64,000 bases of DNA from Trichoplax adhaerens (taxonomy: Eukaryota > Animalia > Placozoa): contig NW_002060945.1 of NCBI RefSeq assembly GCF_000150275.1, positions 9,130,011-9,194,010 of the forward strand, read 5' to 3'. Each line of letters begins with the position of its first letter. The stretch's first letter is position 1. Positions 23,716 to 36,200 of this stretch are shown here, one piece after another. The position numbers and the translations under genes are program-made. A model generated the notes under the pieces. It searched no databases. It was not told the origin of the DNA and saw only the letters and a list, made by a program, of their open reading frames with translations.

Positions 23716-25623
23716 ATGACGAGCACCAATAACCAGAGTCAACGTTGCCGAATTCGAATATTCCATAATGTTGAATTAGGTGTAATTCTACGCAATGGTA
23801 AAGAATATTTTTGCTTAACTCAGTTATACGATCGCTTATGGCCAAATACATCACGTATGACCACCTTTAATAGGATCGATAGGTTAAAATGCAAAAAATT
23901 AAGTTGTACTTTAGATGAATTGAATATGTTGAAAGGTATTAAAGCTCTTGGCAGCACGGCAACACGGACTACTCTACTACCTACCGATGAAGTCGAAAGA
24001 CTGTATAATTATACTCAAGATAAGATCCAACGTCGAAAAAATAAGCAATTAAACACTTCCAAGCGTCCATATTCCAAATCCAATGATTCTCATACGCCTA
24101 ATCGAAAACGAAGTAATTTCAATAAAAGGCCATTGCTTGATCGTAACTTACTTAAAACGACAACAAGCAAAACTACACGGAAACCAATGACATCCAATGG
24201 GTCCGTCACCAATCATCCGAAAATGCCCAAAAATAAATCCCATACTAACCATTCTGATGCTAAATGTACAAAGCGCTCATTCATCAACAGGAAGAATGGT
24301 AAAAATAATACCAATAACGTAATCAATCATTCTGCCTTGCTCGCCTCTGCTACAAACGATTTTTATCCCTCCAATCAAAATGGTGGTCCAACCATAGCAA
24401 CAGTCTATCATTCCAACATCGACCATTACGACAAACATCATTTCTATCAAAATGATGACGACGATGTCTTTTCCGATGATGAATTATCATTCAATTTAGA
24501 TCAATTAGACGATGAAGAATCCAGTGAAGGATCTATCTTAACAACGTCATCATTTCTACTTGGATTGCAAAGTGCTACATCCATTTCATCCGATGATGAT
24601 GAAGGCTATACTCATAAAAATGGCATAAATCACTTGCAATCGAATACTATACCATTGGCAAATAATACTACAAGAAGAGGTCGAAATTTAAAATGTCAAG
24701 AGTTTGTTGACAATAGCGGGAAAAGTCTACAGCCGTCTGTCAATCAAGATAAGGAAGATTTTGATAATAATGGCATGCTAATAACTAAAGAAGATAAAGT
24801 GATGAAAGATGTTATAGTTATACGCAAGGATAAAAGTAGTCGATGGTTAGTTTCAAGTCGACAAAGTAGTCAAAGTGAAGAGGAAGATGTCGATAATAAA
24901 AATCTTTGCCGACCAACTAGTAAGAGATTAGCTTCCACTACTGTCAGAAACAACGGTAAAAAGGCTAATCGAAAACGCAGTCGTCTCGATTCTAGTACGC
25001 ATTCATCATTAAATATTCGAATTAGACGCGAGGGTAGTTCAGTTTCCGTCATTTCTAGTCATAGTAGTAATTCTAGTTACACCGATTGTACAACCGGTGC
25101 AAGTCTAATAAGTGGAGATGGTGCTAATGATAGCGCTCTCAAAGAAACCAATCTACAAAAAATGCCCTCCAATAACCCGATTCATCAAGATGATAGCGTC
25201 AAGACTGACAACCATAGTAGGAATACTAAGAAAACCAAGCGGAATATGGATATTCTACCGGATAAAACTGCCGATGATATCAATTATAACTCGCAAGTAG
25301 TTGGTAGAGGTCAAGCATTCCATCCTTATAAGAAAAATATGAATAACAACACCATAACCAAGAAATCCACTTTAGCTTCGTGGAATCGTAAAATAAGCAA
25401 ATCAAATTTCAGTATTCAATCAGTATTTAATCATTCTTTTCCCAAATTGACTGTTCAAAATGGCGACTTATGCCCTGCTGATAAACTTTCTATTCGAGAT
25501 GATAGCAAGATTGAAGATGATCATCCTATACTATCATGGGAAGTTGGCAAAGAAGTTCTCGGTAACAGAGTAACTAGCCGTCGTAAAAAGTCTGGCTTAA
25601 TTTCCAGGACTAAATTACCTTAA
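23716..25623 (+). CDS. SKIDA1: SKI/DACH-domain protein with EPOP-like C-terminal block (SKIDA1-like), single coding exon
   Basis: Track ORF 23689-25623, first ATG 23716. N-terminus (VELGVILRNGKEYFCLTQLYDRL..TSRMTTFNRIDRLKCKKLSCTLDELNMLKGIKAL..TTLLPTDEVERLY) matches the SKIDA1-type Ski/Sno/Dac domain. C-terminus (FSIQSVFNHSFPKLTVQNGDLCPADKL...HPILSWEVG) resembles the SKIDA1/EPOP shared block. The middle is acidic/Ser-rich low complexity with basic NLS-like runs. Confidence 0.85.
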   Translation: MTSTNNQSQRCRIRIFHNVELGVILRNGKEYFCLTQLYDRLWPNTSRMTTFNRIDRLKCKKLSCTLDELNMLKGIKALGSTATRTTLLPTDEVERLYNYTQDKIQRRKNKQLNTSKRPYSKSNDSHTPNRKRSNFNKRPLLDRNLLKTTTSKTTRKPMTSNGSVTNHPKMPKNKSHTNHSDAKCTKRSFINRKNGKNNTNNVINHSALLASATNDFYPSNQNGGPTIATVYHSNIDHYDKHHFYQNDDDDVFSDDELSFNLDQLDDEESSEGSILTTSSFLLGLQSATSISSDDDEGYTHKNGINHLQSNTIPLANNTTRRGRNLKCQEFVDNSGKSLQPSVNQDKEDFDNNGMLITKEDKVMKDVIVIRKDKSSRWLVSSRQSSQSEEEDVDNKNLCRPTSKRLASTTVRNNGKKANRKRSRLDSSTHSSLNIRIRREGSSVSVISSHSSNSSYTDCTTGASLISGDGANDSALKETNLQKMPSNNPIHQDDSVKTDNHSRNTKKTKRNMDILPDKTADDINYNSQVVGRGQAFHPYKKNMNNNTITKKSTLASWNRKISKSNFSIQSVFNHSFPKLTVQNGDLCPADKLSIRDDSKIEDDHPILSWEVGKEVLGNRVTSRRKKSGLISRTKLP

Positions 25624-25984
25624 AAAGTGTCAAAAAATTGCCATCTTGTATCACCCTCGTGTGATAAGAAAAAACTGCAAGGTATGCTGATTTCAAAGAA
25701 GAACTGCCAGTTTATCCTTTATAACGACTCTTTATCTTATTAATATGATTGTTGCCAATGAAAGTGCAACTATATTTATATCAAAAATATATCAACTTAT
25801 TAATACTATAAACTGTTGGTTTCTAGTTTTGTAGAGGCCTCCAGTTTCTCCAACAAATATTTTTTTATACTAGACGTCAATGTTTCTATAATAAGATATG
25901 TTTGTAATTCTCTCTACTATACGTAGATCACCGTTCATTTAAATGCCCACATTTTGTCAATTTGTATTTCAAATTAAACGAATT

Positions 25985-26178
25985 GTTGCCAATAATGCAT
26001 TGTCGGAAATCAATTGGGCTACTTCTTCCTACTTTGTATGAAATAAATTGCATTTACTGTTAGCTTGATGATAAATGAAATTCTTTTGCCAATAATACGT
26101 ACATGGGCAGAAATCGATTGTCTTATTTTTTTTCCTACTTTGTATGAAATAAATATGATTTACTGTTAGTTTGATGGT
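25985..26178. repeat. Tandem duplication, ~100 bp x2, downstream of the SKIDA1-like gene
   Basis: TTGCCAATAAT...GAAATC.ATTG...TTCCTACTTTGTATGAAATAAAT..ATTTACTGTTAG.TTGATG occurs twice; each copy contains AATAAA. Confidence 0.8.
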
Positions 26179-29100
26179 AGCGAGCATACAATTGTATTAA
26201 TTATTACCACATGCGCTAGCAAATCCGTCAGATTGGAACATCTAAGCAGTCTTGCATTGGCTAGTGCTTACAAGAATACGTTTAATTCCAACAATTTAGT
26301 GGTAATAGAACTTCAAACCCACTTTCAGTAGCTGATCATTACGATTATTTTGTAAATTTTAAAATTTTTTCCCGTCATTGCAATTTCGGCTTGATATGGT
26401 AATAAATAGAAACTTGGGCCAACATTTTTGTAAGCTGTAATAAAGTTGCTCCTTGATTGGTAAAGTTACGCTTACTAGCATTTTCTGGTTTCTTGTAATA
26501 TTTATAAATTCAGTCTTTATTTTAAGACCATCTAATTCAATTTCTTAATCCTGCAATGACGTTTTTTGTATCCAATATAATTCTTTACTAATGTGAAATA
26601 AATCACTTTTCAGTCATAATATGAATCCTGTGTCCTACTAATATAGCTCATGTGCTTTACAGTTTACTTCTGATTATATATTTATACTCGCATATGCTGC
26701 AGTACAGAGAAAAGTATACGGTTAAGGGGTTACAGTGGTTCATTGTAACTCACTCATTAATTCTTACTGTTGGGAATGAAAGCGCTTGAATATATTAGTA
26801 TACTTTTTAACATTATTCAAAGTTGGCTTACTATAGAATCCAGGTAAAGATTTTCCTTGCATTAACACGACAGTATCATTTTGCTGGCGTTTATAAAAGT
26901 TTACAAGAAAATTTTACCACTATCATGTTACAGTTCACTGTATACTACAAGAAGAGTAATATTCGCGTACTTTATGCAATATTTGTGAGTCTTCATTTTC
27001 AAGTTGATTATCACCATTTACTAAATTGACGATTGATAGTGGAGAAATAAATCATCTGATTCTTTTTCCTGTGGAGGTAGTTGCAATCTCTGTAAGCGTC
27101 ATCAAAGATGTCACACCGGTAGAAAACAATTTGATTTATTTATTTCTGTCTTTTCAAGAATCGGTGGCGGCATTAAGACTAATCGTTAAAAAATGTAGAA
27201 ATTTAAATTCAATATTATTTGAAAGCCGATGATGCCAGCGAACCGTGCTAAATAGCATTATTATCAGAATAAAATGTACCTGATGGGAAAGTATATATTA
27301 AATTTTATAAAACATAATGTATTTATATAAATGCAATGGAATAATAAATCAAATTGAGATCTGCTATTCCAGCAGTAGGTTCAAATGGACATAAGTATTA
27401 AAATAGTATCTTTGTAATTAGTTGTTGAATAGATTAGATTTTCATGTTTGCATCTACTTTATCAAAAAGGTATGTTAGGTAAAATGTCAAAATCAGTGTG
27501 ATAAAGTAATAAGACAAAATAAACACTAAAATTAGACTGTTGTAACTCAATTCTCATTTCTTGTACTATGGTGTAATAGATTTACTACGTGTTTTAGTGA
27601 ATAAAATTTTTCTACTACATAACGTCGAGTATTATCAAATTATGTCAAGTAAATTCTATTAAAAATGAACATAAGGTAATGTACACCAATTTAGTGCTTT
27701 CATTCTAGTCTAGCAATAGGAACTTTGCTTACAATGTAACTTGCGGTGCTACGGCTATGTAACTGAGAAGTGAGAATCATGCTGTTTAACCTCTACGTTA
27801 TAAATCTTTAGACAGACTATAGCGCTTATAGTAAACGTGAAAAATTAATTATAAATTTATCCATTCAACTAGGCAAGTTACTCTAAATCAAACTATCATC
27901 TCCCGGCACAATGGAGTCTCCAGGCACTTAGAAAGTAGCGGCAGTTTTCTCTCTGTACTTCTTCCTAACCTCTACGAATTGAACCAATAACCTGTAAAAA
28001 ATATAATATATCGTAGTTAATTTTATAGCCAATAAGTTAAGCAGTTAGCTACAGTATTTATTGCTTGAATATTACTACTATGTTAACTCATGATAAGGTA
28101 TTCGGATAATTGCAGTAAATTCTTTTAAGAATTATTAATGATACGTATGTGCTAACAACTTTTTCAAAACGGGCGGATATATAAATCTTTACGAAGTGCG
28201 CTACTTTATTATTCTAAGAAAGAAACCACTCAATATGATAAATAGATACAATTTTTAGCAGTAGTGGTAAGTTAACAGGCAAGAAAGTAAGATACTTATA
28301 AGCTTCAAAAATTATAAATACAGCCTCGGTTAACATGACAGTAGCACAAATTTGGCATATGCAACTACTACAGCCATATTTAGCAATTATAGATACAAAT
28401 TTTATTTTTCCGTTAATTGGCACGAAGTTTAACACCATCAAGGTTACTGAGCCAGTTATTTATACAAATTTGTATCTATGATACAAATCTTTACCACTTT
28501 GATTTACAATGGCTGACTTATTTATCGCCATACCGTGTGCAATAACTTATTTGAATCATAAATAGTCTATTTCAACATCTTACAGCGTATAAAGTCAGCG
28601 GTATTATCGGAACTCTAACGATGAAAATTGCTCACGTATAAGGCAACACTATAGTAAGTGTAAATGTTTAGTCAGGTAAAAAATCGCAATTCCTCAAATT
28701 TTATGCCATTTTGTCGATGTAGTTGAATTTCGTGACTATCTTTTATCATAGGCAAAAGCATACAACTTCATATTACCAATAGAGCAAGTACGGTATTCTA
28801 AGCATAATTTCTTTCTTACATACAGTACATTAAAAAGCGTATACCGCCACAAATACAGTAACAAATTAAGCGCGAAGACGTTACTGCTTGGTGATAATTG
28901 ATACATATTATAAGAACGCTGAAGCAAGACCCGTAAATAGTATAAAATATTCGAATCATCTTTATAATGCTAGCATTAGTAATAGAAGGATTGTATTACT
29001 TTTTCAGGGAGAAATTGATAAACTACTATTGCTAATGTTGCCCGGTACTTCATGAAAGTGTGTATGCATCAGGCGTTATGAATCGGCAGCCCTGTAAAAT

Positions 29101-32100
29101 TAGTGAGAAAATATACTAAAACTCGATGTTGAGACGATAAAAGAGGCAATATGGTTACGATATAGAGTATCAATTGAAATAAGTTCATTGATACTACATT
29201 TTTGTAGTAGTAAATCAATACGTTGATTAGCCTTTTGACCATAATTTTGTAGTCAGTTTGATTTAGTTATACTGTATATTATAAATATCGCGATACGATT
29301 AAAACATGCTAATGTGTGAATGTACGGACACGATGGATTAAAGTAGCCGATATGCGATAATGCATGAGAATACGGAGACGTTATATCACACCCAAAATAA
29401 ATAAAAGCAGTATGATAGCAATGTTACCGAACGCCATTATCAGCGTTGCTATTTACATCGCAATTGTCAAATGGCAATAATAAGTATTTGAGAACATATA
29501 AAATCAAGAAGCCTAAGAACAACCTATTACGAAACCGGTAAGCTTCCAATTAAAAGCTAATTTAATTCTACTTAACAGGACGAAAAGCAAATTTATCATA
29601 CAAATGTATCTGCTGTACGTATTTAGACTTGATTGCATGCATACTAGAACGAATGCTTTATTGGGCCAAAAAAAACTTCCCTAATTACCTTTACGAGATG
29701 TTTCAATTCCAGCAATTTAGGTACGTTTAAATTTTATCTTACTTCTTAACGATAGTCCAAATGAATAAAAAAATGCCGTACATTACTACTTTTATATCAT
29801 TTGAAACTGTTAGTTCCGAAAAATTTCTTCGAAGAATAGTCGACTTTGATAAATCTCTGTCATGTCCTTTTTAATAAAAATTCAATAGATTTTCCGCCAT
29901 ATTTCAAACATACTTATAGGTGAGGCGTATAGCATGACCACTAACATTAATTCACCAGAGGTATTTATTTGATCCCAAAAGCTAATACTACATCTTTGAA
30001 CTGTATCAGTAACCTTGTGAAGAAGGAAATAATTTACTGATTCTTCAAACATCGCCACAATCAATCGCTTCCTTCTTGCTGCATCAATACTATTGATATT
30101 TATTTATGTCAACTCTATTTGATAATATTCTAAAATGGAAGTTGGGTCAAGACAATTGTAGTGATAGGGCTGTAAATTAGCCACTGACGGCGACCGATAT
30201 GCTATAGTTTCTCAGATAAACGGTGAGAAACTGGTCAATACTGGAAATCACTATCAGAAATACGATTTCTCATATTGTTGATATTGAACGCAGTTCCTTT
30301 ATCGATTAGTTATCGTTGTGGCTTATATATAACCTCTCTATGACGCATTTAAGAAATGCCGAAACGTACTTTTAATATTAAATTTTTCCTTAAAGAGTTC
30401 AACTACAGTATAATAGGATCACACCTTTGCTGATAGATTCGCTAGGCAGTGTGTCGAACCAAATAATGGACCATAGAGGTAAGAAAAAACTTCTATGTAG
30501 TGGATACGTTTTACTAATGCAATAGACAGACAGTACCGGTACAACATTTACAGTACATACTGTAGTAGATTTATTAAAGCATCACGTCAATGACGATGGT
30601 ATGACCATTCTCCTAATAAGTTAATGTAGCTGGTTACGTTTGGTACTTAAACTCATATTGGTAAAAAGATAGAAAAAAAGATGAAATTAACGTAACTCCA
30701 AAACCGTCATCAAGATATTTCATGATCATTATTATAACGGATATAATTTCGAAGAATTAATCTTAATTGAATTGATACATCCTTCTATCTAGGCCTTCAA
30801 GGGATAATGATAATAATCTATTCTTATACTCTAATGATTACTATGATACGGTCGCATACGGGTGTTTTTTTACATCATAAGATTATTATGTAAGAAATAG
30901 GCTCGCATCTATTATTTTTTACAATCGCTGACTAAATAATCATTTCATAAGTCAACAGTTTTATTTGAAGTCGATTACTAGGTTACGAAATATATCAATT
31001 AATGCTATAGGATTAGTTTCTTAGAATGTGCTTTAATGATTTTACGATGGCCTATATTTGTTACGTAATGGCTCGTTAAAGCATGTACAAGCTAATGCCA
31101 AGTTAATACTGTAATATATAGAAAAAATGGAGGAATCGGGCAGCAAGTCCGGATTCGTTTTTCCCCTTTTAAATCATTTATGACTGAGTTTTCCGCTTAT
31201 CTTTAATCCATTTATTTGTTGATGTAAAGTGAAAGTTGACATACGCTGACCCATTGTAGAGTACATATGTTATACACCATATCTCCAACTATTGGACCTA
31301 TCTTAAGGACGCTAATATAATATTTCCAATTCTATCCTTGCATAGTTAGAGATATGTGAAGGAAGACATTACAAGGGCAGTGCGAACTTTTAGACATTAA
31401 AGATGATCAACAAGATACGTTTTTGATGATTAAATAGTACCACTGTAGATGGTAATTTATGTTATTCAATCAATTTAATAAAGGTGCACTTTTATTTTTA
31501 AATTCCCGCAAGGCTATTGTAAGCAAGTAATATTTATCTATTCTCTACAGTATATCTATCATTGTCTTTCATAATAAAAATGCAAGTGAAAAATGACTCC
31601 TTTGATTCCTCATTTACATACATGGCCTACCTCCACTAAAATTGCTATAGAATGTTTGCAGCAAATGCTATAGTAAAGATGGAGTTCCAATCTATTTTTT
31701 AGACTTTTATGCTATATATGGGAGTACACCTGTCATAAACCGGAACTGATAATCACGTGGTAGAAATACATCAATTTAATTGGGTTAATCTAATGAAGGA
31801 TTTCACGACCGTTAACAGAATAGCGTTTCTTGGCCTTCTTCCCCATATAAGTACGATATCATTTACAATATTGTCCATGATCAGGATAATAATACATCTA
31901 CAACATTTGAATAAAGGCCTTGGTCGCCAATCGTGTTTTTCGAAGCTAGTCCGTTTACTGCTACCGGTACAATCTTGAAGGAAACGGAAAATGTGTTAAG
32001 ACACTGTTACTATTGATGTAGGAAAATTATCGCGATCAAGGCTTCATATCCTCAAAAGTTAAAGGTATTCAAGTGGATCCCTAGATATTTTTAATCAATT

Positions 32101-33235
32101 TCTTCTCTGTTTTTGAAATAGAGTAGAAATAGCTTACAATGTGGATTTGATGTGTATGCTAGACGATTCTGAGTAGCCAGCCGTTTTATTGAAATCATAT
32201 GGTATAGTAACGACAATAAATACAAATAGTACTAGAATCCTTTGTCATAAAAATTTTTAATTTTCTTCTGTTTTACTCAATTAAGCATCTACAATTGCTT
32301 CTTCTTGTGTGTATACATTTTTATACCTTATCGGCCTCTTTGAAACATACACTTTGTTACTAATATAATTTTACAAAATCAGTACTCAACATTTGTAAAA
32401 AAAACAATAAAATCTTAATGTGATTTCTACTACTTTTCAAGGAAACTAATTCTTCTATACAATATCATTTTACTACTTTCAGTTTTTAGATTGAAGATTT
32501 TGTTATTAACTATCCACTTTATCCAGTGCCATGTCTAGTCTATATACTGTAGATAGTGCTGTATATCGTCGAGCGTGAAAGTCTTTCAAGTTGTTATTTA
32601 TTATGTGTAGAACAGTACGATATATAAATCTAAGCAACCAGTAAAATTAATTTTATCCTTGAGGCAGTTACGTCAACTTTAGGTCTAAATCTTTAAAGCA
32701 CCTTTTGTATGGTATGTGTATTGTATACAGCTGACTATTAGCTATAAAGTTATATTTATAATAAGTGAAACTATTAGACAGTGTGTATCTTACCAACAAT
32801 CGAAAATTGTTAAAACTTATCCTTAAGGCGGTATCTAGTACGGTTTCTAACCTCAAAATTATCAAGAATAGCGTTGTATGAAAATTATTATGTCCACTAA
32901 CTAGAAGTAGAAGAACATTAATAAATTTATACAGTACAGGACGATTCTTCACTTTGTTAATTTAAGGACTAAATTATTTCTATTAATGAATTTTAGCTAT
33001 AGGCATGGCTTGGATGTAATTTCTTTCACCTCTTACGACTAGCAATATCATCACCGATTTGATTTTAATTTATACGATTGACGCTAGTCAACATTTTTAG
33101 CGAATATCTTAAGTGCTATTAATTATCACTATCCTTACATAACGCTCCATTTTTACTGGTTATTGGCTGATTTTGGTTCTAAAAGTGCATTCTGTTATAC
33201 AAGAGTGTGCCGTAAGAAATTTCAATTATTCAATT

Positions 33236-36200
33236 ATGGCCAATAGGTATCTGCTTACTATATCATTACTTATATACCTTGCGACACAAGACGCAACCGA
33301 AGCTACAATTTATGTCAAAGCTAGCCAAATAGGTCAGTTGAATTTGAAAATTGTATACTAAATCCATTATTCAAGATATGTAAGCTTTTTTTTCAATTTC
33401 CATATCAAAGCTTCATCTTGATTAATGCTATATTACATACCAATTTGGTTACTATCAGTAAATTTTTCTCTATAATTATAATCGATATCGAACGACCTAA
33501 GTGGCATACAAAATAATTGATAGTTGACTTGCTCAGCTGTATTTAGTTCTTAATAGTGGTACATAAAACATAATATTATTGATCGACTGACGGCAAAAAC
33601 TTAATTATTGCCGACAAGTTACGAATAACGTATCGTGAATTTCACGTTAGATATCGAATGCCATTTCAAATCATATTAATTATATGGTTATTACCTCTTG
33701 AGATAAATAAGAAACCGATTCTTTACAATCAATAGGCTATATACCGTGATCTGTGACAAATGCATGGCTTTTGATATAATCATGTTACAGCTGCTTCATT
33801 TAGCTACTCACTTTTATCGTTCAATTAATTAGAAGTTGTTTTTGATCAATTTGACCCCTGTGCGTAGCTGACTAATAAGAGTAAATCCATTGAGAACGAG
33901 ACAGAAATCACTGCCTTAATATCTATATCATTTTTATAACTTAGGATGTCGTTATTATCAATCAATATGTCAACGAAATGAATATTGCAGTTCTGGTAAG
34001 TGCTATAGAAACTGTACTTCTAGTGAAAACTAACCGTAATGATAGAATTAACATGGTTGAAGTATACAGTATACATATATTTCTAGGTATAAGAACGATG
34101 ACAGTAACGCATCTCTTAGTCTTAAAATTTTCGCTGTCTATACTGATTTTATTTCAATTCTATGAAATTCGGTTACACTTAACACTAGAACAGAATTTTA
34201 ATTTTTCTCCCAAAACCTACGGATGACACAAAAATGTTTTAAGTCATCGATTAGAGTTCCAAACTATTTGACTGCCATACAGTGCATTTACCCGTATCAT
34301 AAACTTACGTTTTACAGTCGATCAAAACTATAGTCTGGGTGTAGAATGTAGTACTGTACAGTATGAGAAGTTCAGAGTTATTTAACGTCGATAAAGTTAA
34401 TATTTTGAGAATCAGTAATATAATCCCTGAAAATTGGTGGAAAGAAATGCACGGAGTTAACTTTAATGATTCGAATCATAACTGCTTAAGAGTAACGCAG
34501 TTACTATGATGTACTCGTACGGTTAGAAAATGTGAAACTATATCATTTTCTAATCAGTTAGAGGAATTTAAGTATTTCTTAGTCCAAAACGGAATACATC
34601 CATACTATCCACTTTAGCTTGAGAATACCTTTACGAAAATCATCTTTGAAGGAGAGTTTTCTACACTCTGATTATAATTATCAGGTAGATAGCGTGGTAA
34701 CTATGATGAATTATTAGCCAAACATGATATATCAATACCAGCACCATTCTTATATAAATTTTTGATAGGCGTATAGTAATAAATTAATGACTTTACTGTA
34801 TGCATTCAAGCTATCTATCATCGATGTAGTACACTGGCTTCAACATATATATCACGGTAAAAGCTTAAAATTGGCGAATATGCAACTCTATTACCCAAGG
34901 ACCATTCATGAAATATTTATTCTCCCTAAATGTCATACATGATCTCATTTTTATATTACGCGAACCTTAACTATGCTCTAGGTGAGGTATTTCCTTTTGT
35001 TCGACCAACACGAAGTTCTATTTAAGGATTATTCTAGGCAACAATATCATACGGCTTTACTTAGCTACGTATGCAATTTATAGTTCATAACTGTATAAGT
35101 GGAAATCTCGGATTTGAAATTGAATATCATTTTATACTATCGAAGCTCCGTTAATATGGGCATAGTACTATGAACAGCATTAAAGCTTATTTTCCCCGAT
35201 ACTACAGCAAAAAAAAAAAATTAACTAATTGATAAACGATTATATTAGTGAAAGAATTCTTCGTAATCTCCTACTTATTCTGTATCCTAATAATATGAAA
35301 TGCCCAAGTAGGAATCCTGAGCTAGTATTAATGAATAGCAGAAATTTAAGATCATTACAAATATAATTTATAACTTACTACAGGAAGAGATCTGTTCTTG
35401 GTGCATTAGCTATTATTATAAGTGCCGGTGCAATATAGGATTACGTCTTATCCTTTCTACAACATATTTCGTCTTGCTGCAATTAAGTTCAATTGAAGTT
35501 ATATTCGTAGCAGATTTGAAAGACAAACCGTAAATACTAAAAGCCCATCTACAGCACAATCATCACTGTATTCGGTCCTGATATAGATAATAGTTATGAT
35601 CGAACACACACCATCTTAATTGATCTTGAAAAACTTTGTGTATATTTTCTCGTTCATACAACCTGCAATATTACTATAACTATTTAATCCAGCTGCGACA
35701 AAGTAGTGACAATATACGGCTTTCTTTACACCTAACGTTCAAATCCATCATCGGTTATTTATCATTCAGTCATGTACTCTTAATGCCTTCAACACCAAAG
35801 AGGAACTAAGTGATCATTTGTTTTTACTGGTAAAATTTCAATAAACAACCTTTCTATGTGATTGAAATTGCAATTAGTTTGCAACATAAATTTAAGTTAT
35901 CAGTGGAAAAATCCCTCCATAGCTCAATGTTGTAATACAACGACTTTCTTCTATTTCTTTTATAGAGGGTAGAAGTTATAAATTTTCTAATGAGAGTTTT
36001 TCACGTTATATAGCACTACCAAATTATTTAGCATTTCACTCGACATAGGCTAATCAATTAGCTTATGCGAGTAGTATCTGTCGCGTGGTATCTCTTATTC
36101 TTATCTGTAAGATGTATCTTTTATGTTATTATACCCTAATTTGAAAATCGCATTAAGTACCATGAAGTTCAAATCTTCATTACGACTTATTCCACTGTCA

